A stretch of DNA of 64,000 nt. Origin: Patescibacteria group bacterium. GTDB lineage: Bacteria > Patescibacteriota > Minisyncoccia > UBA6257 > 02-FULL-45-10c. The position numbers and the translations under genes are program-made. The DNA lies in contig JAGWYA010000003.1 of NCBI GenBank assembly GCA_018969615.1, positions 15,038-79,037 on the forward strand, read 5' to 3'. Position 1 is the first letter of the stretch; each line of letters begins with the position of its first letter. Of this stretch, positions 7,138 to 17,375 are shown in pieces. A model generated the notes under the pieces. That model was given only the letters and a program-made list of their open reading frames with translations, was not told the DNA's origin and searched no databases.

Positions 7138-8937
7138 CTAGATGGAGTTGATGGCCGCATCGATCTCGGCGGCATGCAAGGTCTCCTTCTCCAGGAGCGC
7201 CTTGGCAAGCGCATCGAGCTTCGCACGGTTTTCCTGAAGCATGTTTCGGACATCCGCAATAGCGTCATCCAGAAGCTTCTTCACTTCGTTCTCGAGCTTC
7301 TCTTTGTTCGCCGGAGAAATATCCGTACCAGTCGAGCGACCCCAGAAGTCGCTGTTGTCCTTATAGACCACAGAACCCGCGGAGGTCATACCGAACTCAT
7401 AGACCATCCTCCGGGCGATCTGCGTCGCGCGATCAAAATCGCTGGACGCACCGGTTGTCACCTCTTCCGGGCTGAACACCAGTTCCTCGGCGATCTTGCC
7501 ACCGGCAAGGATCCGCAACCGGCCCAAAAGATATTTCTTGCTGTAGCTGTGCTTGTCTTCCTCGGGAAGCTGCTTCGTGAATCCCAACGCGGGACCCCGC
7601 GGAATGATCGTCACCTTGTGCACCGGATCAGAGCCCGGTATCAACTTGGCGACGAGCGTATGCCCGCCCTCATGGTATGCGGTCAATTTCTTTTCTTTAT
7701 CGGAAAGTTTCATCGACCTCCGCGCCTTCCCCATTGAGACCTTATCAACGGCCTCATGAAGGTCGGCTTGGTCGATCTCGACTTTCCTCTGTTTTGAAGC
7801 GCTCAGCGCGGCCTCGTTCAAGACGTTCTCAAGATCAGCGCCAACCATACCGGCAGTATCACGCGCGATCTCCACAAAATTCACGGATGCGGCAAACTTC
7901 TTGCCGATCGCATGCACTTTCAAGATCGCTTCGCGCCCCATCACATCAGGACGAGGGACTTCCACTTCCCGGTCAAAACGACCGGGGCGGACCAAGGCCT
8001 CATCAAGAACATCAAGGCGATTCGTTGCCGCAATGACAACGATCGGGATCCGCGTCTTCTCAAATCCGTCGAGTTCGACGAGAAGTTGATTCAACGTTTG
8101 TTCCCGCTCATCATGGCCGCCGCCAATAGCGACGCCGCGCTTCTTGCCGATCGCATCGATCTCATCGATGAACACGATGCACGGCGCGCTTGCGCGAGCC
8201 TCATCGAACAGCGCACGCATGCGCGACGCACCGACGCCAACGAACATCTCGATGAACTCGGACCCCTTCGCTGAAAGGAACGGCACACCGGCTTCGCCGG
8301 CGACCGCCTTTGCAAGGAGCGTTTTCCCCGTTCCGGGAACGCCGTTGAGGAGCACACCCCGCGGCACTTTGCCGCCGAGCGATGAGAACACCTTCGGGTT
8401 CCTGAGGAACTCAACGATGTCCGCAACCTCTTCTTTTGCTTCCTCGCATCCCGCCACATCGGCGAACGTTTTTCGGTCCATGTTATCTTTTGCGACCGTA
8501 AACCGCTTTCCGCCACGCGAAACGAATTTATTCACATCCTTGACCTGACCCTTCATCATCCAGATCCAAAGAAAGATCAAGACAGCGAAAGGGGCCATCT
8601 CGATGATCATTGTCAAAAAAGCGCTCGGAACCTTTTGAGCAACGCACGAAACGTCATGCGTCTCGGCATCTTTTCGGATCTCGTCCATTTGCGTTGATCC
8701 GATCGCACGCGTCGAAAGCTCCCGGGAAAGAGCGCCTTTTTCTGCAGGCGCGAGCGTCCCCGTGATCTCGAACGTGTTCGGGTCGAAGGACAGATCCTTC
8801 ACCTGCCCCGATTCGATGGCAGACTCCAATTGCTTCGGAGTCATCTCCATCGTTTGCGGATTGAGCCGGGCAAACAGAACGAACAGAAGACAGCCGGCAC
8901 AAAACCACATCAAAAGGCTCTTCACTTGCTTGGACAT
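7138..8937 (-). CDS. ftsH: ATP-dependent zinc metalloprotease FtsH
   Basis: [23 protein letters not shown] Walker [12 protein letters not shown] Walker B, second region of homology, HEGGHTLVA zinc site; start at ATG 8937. Confidence 0.9.
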   Translation of the reverse strand: MSKQVKSLLMWFCAGCLLFVLFARLNPQTMEMTPKQLESAIESGQVKDLSFDPNTFEITGTLAPAEKGALSRELSTRAIGSTQMDEIRKDAETHDVSCVAQKVPSAFLTMIIEMAPFAVLIFLWIWMMKGQVKDVNKFVSRGGKRFTVAKDNMDRKTFADVAGCEEAKEEVADIVEFLRNPKVFSSLGGKVPRGVLLNGVPGTGKTLLAKAVAGEAGVPFLSAKGSEFIEMFVGVGASRMRALFDEARASAPCIVFIDEIDAIGKKRGVAIGGGHDEREQTLNQLLVELDGFEKTRIPIVVIAATNRLDVLDEALVRPGRFDREVEVPRPDVMGREAILKVHAIGKKFAASVNFVEIARDTAGMVGADLENVLNEAALSASKQRKVEIDQADLHEAVDKVSMGKARRSMKLSDKEKKLTAYHEGGHTLVAKLIPGSDPVHKVTIIPRGPALGFTKQLPEEDKHSYSKKYLLGRLRILAGGKIAEELVFSPEEVTTGASSDFDRATQIARRMVYEFGMTSAGSVVYKDNSDFWGRSTGTDISPANKEKLENEVKKLLDDAIADVRNMLQENRAKLDALAKALLEKETLHAAEIDAAINSI

Positions 8938-9011
8938 GGTGCACCTAGTTTTCAAAGTTCAAGTCTACCTTTAATCAAACTATAAAACCGTTGCAAACGC
9001 AATGATAAATA

Positions 9012-9143
9012 GGCAGTAGCACGTGGGCAGTAATAAAAAGTTCCGATACACAATCGGAACTTTTTATTTTTCTTTTCTATTTTCTACTGCCCACTGCCTA
9101 CTTTCTATAGGACTATTCCTTCTGTCTACGGGCCACTCCCTAC
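9012..9143. repeat. Imperfect inverted repeats (GGCAGTAGCACGTGGGCAGTAA / TACTGCCCACTGCCTAC plus extra CCACTNCCTACT copy) flanking a hairpin-terminator between ftsH and rnc
   Basis: Direct reading of both strands; central hairpin agttccgatacacaatcggaact followed by T-runs. Confidence 0.5.
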
Positions 9144-9823
9144 TACCTATTCTCCAGCGCTTTCTTCGCCGCTTCGATCTCCGCGTCCTGTTTTGACATT
9201 CCTTCACCGCGTGCAAGCTCTTCCTCGCCGAGGTACACGCCAACCACGAAAACCTTTTTATGGTCCGGGCCTTTTTCCATGATCAGTTTGTATACCGGGG
9301 TCATCTTCTTTGTTGCCTGAAGCTTTTCCTGCAGCAAGCTCTTCGGGTCCTTGTACGACCCCTTTGCCAGGATCCCGGGGATCTCCGGAAGAATAAAGCG
9401 GTCGATGAACGGTTTTGCGGCGGCCATACCGCCGTCGAGATACAGCGCGCCGATCAATGCTTCCATGGCGTTCGCCAGGATCACTTCGCGCGCGCGGCCG
9501 CGGTCCTTGGCCTCGCCCTTCGACATGAGGATGTTCCCTTCAAGATCGAGCTGCGCCGAGATCGCCGCCAGGATCTGATAGTTCACCAACGCCGCCCGGA
9601 GCGTGGTCAGCTTCCCTTCCGGCTCGTGCGGAAAACGGGCATAGAGGTCTTCGGTCACCACCAGTTCAAGGACCGCATCGCCCAGGAATTCCAGGCGTTC
9701 ATTATGCGGCGTTTTCCAGGACGGATTCTCATTCAGATAGGAACGGTGCGTCAAAGCCTCCTGAAGGAGGCTCGGCTGAGAAAAGGTATATTTGATCTTT
9801 TTTTCCAATGAGACGGCTGACAT
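9143..9823 (-). CDS. rnc: Ribonuclease III
   Basis: ERLEFLGDAVLELVV RNase III signature, C-terminal dsRBD; start at ATG 9823. Confidence 0.9.
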   Translation of the reverse strand: MSAVSLEKKIKYTFSQPSLLQEALTHRSYLNENPSWKTPHNERLEFLGDAVLELVVTEDLYARFPHEPEGKLTTLRAALVNYQILAAISAQLDLEGNILMSKGEAKDRGRAREVILANAMEALIGALYLDGGMAAAKPFIDRFILPEIPGILAKGSYKDPKSLLQEKLQATKKMTPVYKLIMEKGPDHKKVFVVGVYLGEEELARGEGMSKQDAEIEAAKKALENR

Positions 9824-9916
9824 GCAATGCGATTGGACAGGTGCGTAATCGGGCAATGGACCATCCCCCGCTTACGCATCTGCGCAATAGATTAATGATA
9901 AAAATATGCTGTTCGG

Positions 9917-10432
9917 TTATTTTTTCGGCGATGCCGGCTTTTTTTCTTTCGGCGCTTCTTCTTTTTTTTCTTCTTCTTTCTTTTCCTTCGGCTTCGGCTT
10001 GTCGTCCTTCCCCGGCTCGCCGATCTCGCGATAGATCGTCCCTAAGACGCCGTTAATGAACTTCCCGGAATTCGGGCCGCCGTAATTCTTCGCGATCTCG
10101 ATCGCTTCATTGATGGCAACCTTCGGCGGCACCTCGTTCCGGTCCGCGAACAATAATTCATACAGGCCGATCCGCAACGCATTGCGGTCGATCACGGCGA
10201 TCTGCGGCAATGGCCAGTCCGGCGCCGCTTTTTCGATGATCGTATCGATCTCTTTTTTATGATCGATCACGCCCTTCAATAATTTCCAGGCGAACTCAGG
10301 CTCGTCGATCCCGGGACCGAACTCCTGCATGTTGCGTTCCATCACCTTGATAAGATCTTCTTTTTGATTATGAAAATCCCACTCGTAGAGCGACTGGAGC
10401 ACTATTGATCTGCATAATTGTCGAGTTGCCAT
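9917..10432 (-). CDS. nusB: Transcription antitermination factor NusB with Lys/Glu-rich C-terminal tail
   Basis: [17 protein letters not shown]..., [34 protein letters not shown]; C-terminal [15 protein letters not shown] low-complexity extension. Confidence 0.85.
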   Translation of the reverse strand: MATRQLCRSIVLQSLYEWDFHNQKEDLIKVMERNMQEFGPGIDEPEFAWKLLKGVIDHKKEIDTIIEKAAPDWPLPQIAVIDRNALRIGLYELLFADRNEVPPKVAINEAIEIAKNYGGPNSGKFINGVLGTIYREIGEPGKDDKPKPKEKKEEEKKEEAPKEKKPASPKK

Positions 10433-10471
10433 TTGAAGTTCGAAGAGCTGATGCGAGAAACCGATCCTATA

Positions 10472-10636
10472 CTACGCCTGGGCGCCGCGGGTTCCGCAGT
10501 TCACGCAGAGCCGATGCGGAAGCATCGGGGACTTGCAGTTCGCACACACCACGAGATTGATCTTCTTCAATGCCTGGTGCGAGCGGTGCTTGCCTACTTT
10601 GGATTTCGAATGATGTTTTACTGGTACGCCTCCCAT
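10472..10636 (-). CDS. rpmF: 50S ribosomal protein L32 (54 aa; below ORF-track cutoff)
   Basis: Manual translation MGGVPVKHHSKSKVGKHRSHQALKKINLVVCANCKSPMLPHRLCVNCGTRGAQA; the 72-aa track ORF at 10467-10685 is a different frame. Confidence 0.85.
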   Translation of the reverse strand: MGGVPVKHHSKSKVGKHRSHQALKKINLVVCANCKSPMLPHRLCVNCGTRGAQA

Positions 10637-10667
10637 AAGAGTTAAAATTTACTTTTATATAGTTCCT

Positions 10668-10696
10668 ATCATATCCGCTCCGCACCCCCGTGTCAA
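10668..10696 (-). promoter_or_regulatory. Sigma70-like promoter for rpmF: TTGACA-17-TATGAT
   Basis: Minus strand TTGACAcgggggtgcggagcggaTATGAT. Confidence 0.5.
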
Positions 10697-10885
10697 CTTA
10701 TCCACACCTCCTCTTTTTTATACAAGTATGGTACAGTAAATGTAATCCTAGAAAGGAAAGGGCAAGGACTCCTGGTCTTCCGACTCTATCCCTGGGGATG
10801 AAAAGCTTCACGGCTTGGATTCCTTATGGCTCGAGCCGTGTAGAAAAGGAGTCTTTTTCCTTTCGTACCTTGAAACGAGGATCAT

Positions 10886-11731
10886 ATGAAACGATCCCTG
10901 GCCGTACTCGCCGTACTGCTCGTCATGCTTTTTTCTTATGCGAAAGCATCGCGGCAAGTCACTGCCCCTCAGGTCCCTCAGCATCCGATGTCGGCGATGA
11001 CGGACAATCACAACGCTGTTGTGAAAGCCCGCCCTCATCATCGCAAGTCTACCGCGACAAAGCACTCTCGGCTGAGAGTGCTTGATCCCGAGACGATCTA
11101 TAAACGGGACGTGCGTTTCGTCGTAAAGGTCCGGATATTCCGAAAGATCACCATCCCGGTAACGCATCAGGTGAAATATAGCGACATGCACAGCTGGGGC
11201 TCCGGCTCCATCGTGCGCTGCAAGAAATACGGCTACTGCGTGCTCACGGCGTTTCATGTCGTCAGCGACAGTTCGATGACCTTCTTCGCTGAAACGAACG
11301 ATGGTGCGCCTGATCAGCTGCTCGAAGTGGTCTACGGTACCACGACCTACGACAATGCGGTTCTCCGATTCGCGGATCCGCACTACGTTCCGAAGCACGT
11401 CGCCGTCCTCGGAAGTTCTGCAGCGCTTGTTCCCGGCGATCCCATCTATGCGATCGGGTCTCCGGTATACAGCGATTTCCACTTTAGCGTCGGCCGACTC
11501 TACACAAAGGTCGGCGATCCGGGCCCGTTCGCGCCCTGGCTCTACAATGGAAAGGTCATGTTCATCAATACGGTCATCTTCCACGGCTATTCCGGCGGTC
11601 CGCTGCTGAACAAGTACGGACAAGTCGTCGGTATCGCTGATGGATACTACAAAGATCCGGAAGAGCCTTCGGCAATGTACGTCGGCGTCCCGATCGATGA
11701 GATCAAAAAGATCCAAAAGATCCTCAAATAG
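10886..11731 (+). CDS. Secreted trypsin-like (S1/HtrA-like) serine protease with signal peptide
   Basis: N-terminal signal MKRSLAVLAVLLVMLFSYAKA; TAFHVV (His), GYSGGPL (Ser) catalytic motifs; antisense ORF 10808-11716 judged spurious. Confidence 0.75.
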   Translation: MKRSLAVLAVLLVMLFSYAKASRQVTAPQVPQHPMSAMTDNHNAVVKARPHHRKSTATKHSRLRVLDPETIYKRDVRFVVKVRIFRKITIPVTHQVKYSDMHSWGSGSIVRCKKYGYCVLTAFHVVSDSSMTFFAETNDGAPDQLLEVVYGTTTYDNAVLRFADPHYVPKHVAVLGSSAALVPGDPIYAIGSPVYSDFHFSVGRLYTKVGDPGPFAPWLYNGKVMFINTVIFHGYSGGPLLNKYGQVVGIADGYYKDPEEPSAMYVGVPIDEIKKIQKILK

Positions 11732-11734
11732 TAC

Positions 11735-11767
11735 CGATCCCTTGCTTCATGCAGGGGATCTTTTTTA
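11735..11767 (+). terminator. Intrinsic terminator after protease gene
   Basis: gatcccttgc-ttcat-gcaggggatc hairpin followed by tttttt. Confidence 0.65.
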
Positions 11768-12000
11768 CTTCAGCCAGGTCGACAAAGTTTTTTTAAAAAA
11801 CAACTGCACGATCAAAGCATAAGACCTCTTTTCTGAGTGTAAGAATTCAATGCTCAGAAAAGAGGTCTTATGCTTTTATACCTATGCACAAATTTTCTTG
11901 AACTACCTGCCCGTCTGCGATATTATTTTGATATGAGATCCCTTATGAACATCACACAACATCTTCCGGGGATTTCTTTTTTTAATATCCGCTAGCGCTC

Positions 12001-15000
12001 ATGGCAAAATTCGTCCATCTCCATAACCACTCTCACTACTCCCTTCTCGACGGACTCGGGAAAATCGATGATATCATTGCGCGCACCAAAGAGCTCGGCA
12101 TGGATGCGATCGCGATCACCGATCACGGCGCGCTGTACGGTTCCGTTGAGTTCTATAAAAAAGCAAAGAAGGCCGGCATCAAACCGATCCTCGGCGTGGA
12201 GACCTACGTCGCTCCGACCGACCATACGGTCAAACAATCGAACGGCGGCGAGCGCTATTACCACCTCATCCTCCTCGCCAAGAACGAAACCGGATGGAAA
12301 AACCTCATCAAGCTCGTCACGGTCGCCCACCTGGAAGGATTCTATTACAAGCCGCGCATCGACAAAGACCTCCTCCGCAAACATCACGAAGGCTTGATCG
12401 CGCTTTCAGCATGCATCACCGGCGAAGTTTCCAAAGCGATCCTCAATCATCAGATGATAGAAGCGGAAAGTCTCGCCCGCGAATACGAATCCATCTTCGG
12501 CAAAGGGAATTATTATCTCGAGATCGGGCATCATCCGGGCATTCCTGAAACGATCACCGCGAACGAAGGCCTCATCGAGCTCTCCAAAAAAACCGGCATC
12601 CCGCTGGTCGCTACGCATGATACGCACTACGTGAAGCCTGAGGACGCGCAGTACCACGACATTCTCCTTGCCGTGCAAACCGGCAACACGATCTACGACA
12701 AGAACCGCCTTACGCTCAAAGAGGACGATTTTTCGATCCGCTCCCCCGAGGAAATGGAGGCTTTCTTCAAGGACGTTCCGGAAGCGCTCGAAAATACCGT
12801 AAAAATAGCCGAACAATGCAACGTTGAGATCGAGCTCGGGAAGACCCAATTGCCGAAGTTCGACGTTCCGGAAGGCAAGACCGCCGCGGACATGCTGCAC
12901 GACATGGTCATAGAAAAAGCGCCGCGGCGCTACGCCGAAGTAACGCCCGCGATCCGCGAACGCATCGAGTATGAGCTCGGCGTCATCAATAAGACCGGTT
13001 TCGCCGATTACTTCCTGATCGTTCAGGACTTCGTGAACTGGGCGAAGGACCACGGCATCGCCGTCGGCCCGGGCCGCGGATCTGCCGCCGGCAGTATTAT
13101 TTCCTACATCCTTAACATCACCGATCTTGATCCGATCCACTACGACCTGCTCTTCGAGCGCTTCTTGAACCCGGACCGTATCCAAATGCCTGATATCGAT
13201 ATCGACTTTGCCGATAAGCGGCGCGACGAGGTATTCGGTTATCTAGAAGAAAAATACGGCAAAGACCGCGTCGCTCATATTATTACGTTCGGAACCATGG
13301 CCGCCCGCGCCGCCATCCGCGATGCCGGTCGCGCGCTGGGACTCACCTACGGATTCTGCGACCAGGTCGCAAAGATGATCCCCTTCAACGCCGATCTCGA
13401 GACCGCACTGGGAACGGTCGCGGAATTAAAGACGCTCTATGACACGAACCCGGATGCGCGCCGCGTCATTGACGCCGCAAAGAACCTTGAGGGAGTCGCC
13501 CGGCATGCCTCGGTGCACGCGTGCGGTACCGTGATCGCGCCGAAGCCGCTGACCGAATACATGCCGATCCAATACGCGCCGCAGGATGAGGACACGATCA
13601 TCACTCAATTCGAAGGACACAGCGTTGAAGACCTCGGTCTTTTAAAAATGGACTTGCTCGGCCTGAAGAACTTGACGATCATCGAAGACACCCTGCGCCT
13701 GCTTGATGAACTGCACGGCACGAAAGTCGATATCGGTACGATCCCGCTTGATGACGCAAAGACCTTTGAACTTCTCAAAGCCGCCGACACCACCGGCGTA
13801 TTCCAGCTGGAATCCAGCGGCATGCGGCGCTATCTCAAAGAACTGAAACCGCATGAAATGGAGGACATCATCGCTATGGTCGCGCTCTACCGCCCGGGCC
13901 CGATGGAACTGATCCCGCAATACATCAACCGCAAGTTCGGACGCGAACGGATCACTTACCTCCATCCGAAACTGGAGCCGATCCTGAAAAAAACGTACGG
14001 CGTCGCCATCTACCAGGAACAGCTGATGCAGATCGCGCGCACGCTTGCCGGCTTTACACTCGGTGAAGCGGATACGCTCCGCAAAGCCGTGGGTAAGAAG
14101 ATCAAGGCGCTCATGGACGAGCAGTCTCAGAAAATGATCGACGGTATGGTGAAGAACGGCATTACGCAGCGGACCGCTGAGCAGATCTGGCACTGGTTCG
14201 AACCGTTCGCCCGCTATGGTTTCAACCGATCACATGCAGCCTGCTACGCCATGATCGCCTACCGCACCGCCTATCTCCGCGCACATTATCCGGTGGAGCT
14301 CTACTCAAGCCTCTTCAACGCCGATGCGCACGACACCGACCGCATCGCGATCCTGATCGGCGAAGCGAAAAAAGCCGGCATCGCCGTGCTCGCGCCGGAC
14401 ATCAATAAGAGCATGTCCTCGTTCGTGCCGGAAGGTCCCGCGGTCCGCTTCGGACTTCTCGCGATCAAGAACGTCGGTCAGAACATCGTGAATGCGATCG
14501 TCGATGAGCGGCGCAAAGGCGGTCCCTTTAAGTCTCTTGTCGATCTCCTGCAGCGCGTTGATCATAAAGACCTCAATAAGAAAACTCTGGAGAACCTGCT
14601 GAAATCGGGCGCGCTTGATTCGCTCGATATTGAGCGCAATATGGGCCTGAGCAACCTTGAGGACATCGTGAAGTTCGCAAGCACGGTTCGCAAGAGCAAG
14701 CTTTCCGCGCAGGCTTCCCTCTTCGGTCTCGGCACGCCGTCGACCGCAACGCTCAAACTGAAACAGGCACCGGCCGCAACCCCGACGGAAAGGCTTGCCT
14801 GGGAAAAAGAACTGCTCGGCTTGTATGTTTCCGACCATCCGCTTAATCAATACAAAGACATGATCGCGAAGACCGGCGCCCAGCAGATCAAAAACCTTCT
14901 CGTCAAAACCGATGCCGACTTCTACCCGAAGACCAAGATCGTCGGGCTCGTTTCACAGCTCAAACGCATCACGACCAAGCTCGGCCAGCCGATGATGTTC

Positions 15001-15168
15001 GCCCGTGTTGAGGACCTCAGCGATGCGATCGAGGTGATCGTCTTCTCGGATACCCTCGAAAAGACCAACCTCGTCTGGGGCGAGAACAAGATCCTTCAGG
15101 TCAACGGCAAGATGTCCTGGCGGGGCGGCGAACCGAAATTCATCTGCGATAACGTCCGCGAAATATAA
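12001..15168 (+). CDS. dnaE: DNA polymerase III alpha subunit
   Basis: PHP domain start MAKFVHLHNHSHYSLLDG; 1055 aa; polymerase core motifs (GPGRGSAAGS, DIDIDF). Confidence 0.9.
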   Translation: MAKFVHLHNHSHYSLLDGLGKIDDIIARTKELGMDAIAITDHGALYGSVEFYKKAKKAGIKPILGVETYVAPTDHTVKQSNGGERYYHLILLAKNETGWKNLIKLVTVAHLEGFYYKPRIDKDLLRKHHEGLIALSACITGEVSKAILNHQMIEAESLAREYESIFGKGNYYLEIGHHPGIPETITANEGLIELSKKTGIPLVATHDTHYVKPEDAQYHDILLAVQTGNTIYDKNRLTLKEDDFSIRSPEEMEAFFKDVPEALENTVKIAEQCNVEIELGKTQLPKFDVPEGKTAADMLHDMVIEKAPRRYAEVTPAIRERIEYELGVINKTGFADYFLIVQDFVNWAKDHGIAVGPGRGSAAGSIISYILNITDLDPIHYDLLFERFLNPDRIQMPDIDIDFADKRRDEVFGYLEEKYGKDRVAHIITFGTMAARAAIRDAGRALGLTYGFCDQVAKMIPFNADLETALGTVAELKTLYDTNPDARRVIDAAKNLEGVARHASVHACGTVIAPKPLTEYMPIQYAPQDEDTIITQFEGHSVEDLGLLKMDLLGLKNLTIIEDTLRLLDELHGTKVDIGTIPLDDAKTFELLKAADTTGVFQLESSGMRRYLKELKPHEMEDIIAMVALYRPGPMELIPQYINRKFGRERITYLHPKLEPILKKTYGVAIYQEQLMQIARTLAGFTLGEADTLRKAVGKKIKALMDEQSQKMIDGMVKNGITQRTAEQIWHWFEPFARYGFNRSHAACYAMIAYRTAYLRAHYPVELYSSLFNADAHDTDRIAILIGEAKKAGIAVLAPDINKSMSSFVPEGPAVRFGLLAIKNVGQNIVNAIVDERRKGGPFKSLVDLLQRVDHKDLNKKTLENLLKSGALDSLDIERNMGLSNLEDIVKFASTVRKSKLSAQASLFGLGTPSTATLKLKQAPAATPTERLAWEKELLGLYVSDHPLNQYKDMIAKTGAQQIKNLLVKTDADFYPKTKIVGLVSQLKRITTKLGQPMMFARVEDLSDAIEVIVFSDTLEKTNLVWGENKILQVNGKMSWRGGEPKFICDNVREI

Positions 15169-15204
15169 ATAAAAATCCCCCGCTCTTGCGGGGGATGTCT
15201 TTTA
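15168..15204. terminator. Bidirectional intrinsic terminator (atcccccgc-tctt-gcgggggat) between dnaE and convergent minus-strand gene
   Basis: GC-rich hairpin with T-runs on both strands. Confidence 0.65.
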
Positions 15205-15642
15205 TTCCAGGACCTCAAAAAAGAAGGTCTTTGCGGCGCCGATCGCCGAAAGATGGTTATAGGTCCGGCCATCCCTGATCACACAGATCGGAGCATGGTC
15301 TTCAAGATGGGAGCAACCGAGCATCAGCCAATTCTTGGCGATATTCCGATCGATCGCCTGCCCTTTCTTCGCCCAGAAGCGGGATTCATTGACGATGAGC
15401 GCCGCGAGGTAGCATTCCTCCACATGCATCATATCCAAATTATCCAACGTCGCCTTCTTATACAGATAGGCGTCAGCCTTGGCAATATTCTTCCCCTGCT
15501 CATCGCCGAGAAGCGTCGCGATCAGCCAGCGACCGACCTTTCTCCGAAGAAAAACGCGGACGGTCTCCGGATCGGCCTTTCGGGCATCGTTCTCGATGTC
15601 TTTAAGGCGATCCTCCAGCCTTTTCCTGTCAGCTTTCTTCAT
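15202..15642 (-). CDS. Hypothetical protein (146 aa)
   Basis: ORF only; no recognisable motifs. Confidence 0.4.
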   Translation of the reverse strand: MKKADRKRLEDRLKDIENDARKADPETVRVFLRRKVGRWLIATLLGDEQGKNIAKADAYLYKKATLDNLDMMHVEECYLAALIVNESRFWAKKGQAIDRNIAKNWLMLGCSHLEDHAPICVIRDGRTYNHLSAIGAAKTFFFEVLE

Positions 15643-15710
15643 GGTCCCTCCCTTGGGAAGTACTTCTTAGAATATCGCAGATTCCTGCCGGGAAATCAAT
15701 AAAAAAGAGC

Positions 15711-16100
15711 CTATGAGGCTCTTTTGCATTTTATAAGCTCCGCCCGGAGCGGATTCTCATCTTTCCGGCGAATGAACAGGCGAGCCCACAGATCAGGCTC
15801 CCATCCGCGCTGCGTCCAGTGGATCCAAAACCCCAAAGCGCACGGCTGGCCGTGGCCTGGATTTTTCGGATATTCTTTCCACCCTGCTCTCCAGTCAGGA
15901 TCGATCACGCCGTCAAAAAGAATGTTTCCTTTCTCTCCGTACACCTTCAAATGATCACCGGAGTCGATGATCTTTAGGGCATCGTAGCCCTCTTTTCCAT
16001 CCTCTTCCAGCGACCACACGATCCCTTCGGTGCCGGTTTCAAAAAACGGATCGAGAACGCCCTTGATCACCTGGGGTTCGTCTTTTTTTGGTGAAGACAT
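15711..16100 (-). CDS. Hypothetical protein (129 aa)
   Basis: ORF only; Trp-rich C-terminal half; no family recognised. Confidence 0.4.
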   Translation of the reverse strand: MSSPKKDEPQVIKGVLDPFFETGTEGIVWSLEEDGKEGYDALKIIDSGDHLKVYGEKGNILFDGVIDPDWRAGWKEYPKNPGHGQPCALGFWIHWTQRGWEPDLWARLFIRRKDENPLRAELIKCKRAS

Positions 16101-16215
16101 TTGTGGACTCCTTTCCTAAACAGCTAAAAATAGCTTACTGCAGATCTTATAAAGAAGCAAAGGCTGCTGCCTTTTTAATTCGTTGAATATAAAAAACTGC
16201 ACACGATGTGCAGTT

Positions 16216-16824
16216 TTATGAAAAAAGGAACGTATGCAAACCATTCCGATTCCCTAAATATAATTTAGGAGAAGCATCTCCGAAATCGCTTATCTTTATT
16301 TTTGCCTCTACACATTTCCATTTCTTCCGATACATCGCCGCCAAACGCTCCATCTGCAGCGGAGTAATAAGATCGTATTCTCTGCGATAAAGGCCGACGA
16401 TATGCGAAGAATTGCCGGCCCGCAGGAAGCGGCTATCCTTTAAACAGGAATCGACTTCTTTCTTAAGCCTGGTCAGAAATCGGTCTGTGTAGCGCTGACC
16501 CAAAAGCATCACAGTGAACTCAACTCCGGAATTATCCTTTTTTAGGAACCAAAGGGAATGAGGCCAACGCATCGTCTTTTCATCGGATACAGTAAAGCGG
16601 ATATTCTGACCCTTTAATGCATAGAGTCGCTCTATCTCCGCGGCAACTTCCTTCGAGATCTTGGACAACTTTCTATCGGGAATAAGAACCGTTATATGCA
16701 CTAAACCGGAAACCGGCGCGTACATATCTCTGCATATCCGAGCTTGCCGCTCAAAGTCCTTCGTAAGGACCGCATCGATCTCATCCTTCAAATAAAGCGC
16801 TAAGGCCTGATCGCTTTTATTCAT
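16216..16824 (-). CDS. Hypothetical protein, possible 2H phosphoesterase (LigT/ThpR-like) fold
   Basis: Two spaced H-x-T/V-x motifs (GLVHITVL and SSHIVGLY) ~100 aa apart as in 2H phosphoesterases; tentative. Confidence 0.3.
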   Translation of the reverse strand: MNKSDQALALYLKDEIDAVLTKDFERQARICRDMYAPVSGLVHITVLIPDRKLSKISKEVAAEIERLYALKGQNIRFTVSDEKTMRWPHSLWFLKKDNSGVEFTVMLLGQRYTDRFLTRLKKEVDSCLKDSRFLRAGNSSHIVGLYRREYDLITPLQMERLAAMYRKKWKCVEAKIKISDFGDASPKLYLGNRNGLHTFLFS

Positions 16825-16920
16825 TGAATGCCTCTCTAATTCAAGTTGCTATATGAAAGAATACCAAGGAAAAAATATAAATTCAATAAAAAATATCCGA
16901 CGTTTGTCGGATATTAATGA

Positions 16921-17268
16921 TCAGGGACGGACGAATGCCTGCGCGGCGGCGAGGATCTCTTCCAGGTCGGCAATGGATGCCGCATGACGGATCGCCGTAC
17001 GCGGAACTTTATCTCGGAGGACGCGGTTCCGCTCGAGGACATGACTTCGCTCTTCGAGCCACTCCTTTGCCTTTTCGACGCCATATCCCTCAACCAAGAT
17101 CCTAGTGATCTGATGAAGATAGCGGATGCGCATCTCAACCGCAAGACGCACGGACGGCCATTTCGGCCAGTCATTTCGGGCGCAGCCGGCGCAATAAAGC
17201 ATCATCTTCCGTCCGAGCCGTCTTTCCACGTACGTAGCGATGCTCGAGAGCGATTCGCGAGTGTCCAT
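16921..17268 (-). CDS. Hypothetical protein (115 aa)
   Basis: ORF followed by hairpin terminator at 16889-16916. Confidence 0.4.
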   Translation of the reverse strand: MDTRESLSSIATYVERRLGRKMMLYCAGCARNDWPKWPSVRLAVEMRIRYLHQITRILVEGYGVEKAKEWLEERSHVLERNRVLRDKVPRTAIRHAASIADLEEILAAAQAFVRP

Positions 17269-17339
17269 GCTATGTCCTTTTGTCAGAACGTGCTGTTTTC
17301 AGCATAGCATCATAGTTCCGTCCGCTTCAAGATATTTCC

Positions 17340-17368
17340 TTGAGCTCGGTGCCGGAATCCGATATAAT
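17340..17368 (+). promoter_or_regulatory. Promoter for thrS: TTGAGC-17-TATAAT with -10 box 7 nt upstream of ATG (leaderless transcript likely)
   Basis: ttgagc at 17340-17345, tataat at 17363-17368, ATG at 17376. Confidence 0.55.
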
Positions 17369-17375
17369 CAAACGC

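Noticed and set aside
10467-10685. 72-aa minus-strand ORF MRSGYDRNY...
   Set aside because: A different frame of the same strand encodes canonical ribosomal protein L32; the listed ORF has no features
10808-11716. 302-aa minus-strand ORF antisense to the serine protease gene
   Set aside because: The plus-strand frame has signal peptide plus His/Ser catalytic motifs; the antisense ORF is Arg/Asp-rich with no motifs
12068-14850. Multiple ORFs on both strands inside dnaE
   Set aside because: Embedded in an uninterrupted, well-conserved 1055-aa DnaE frame
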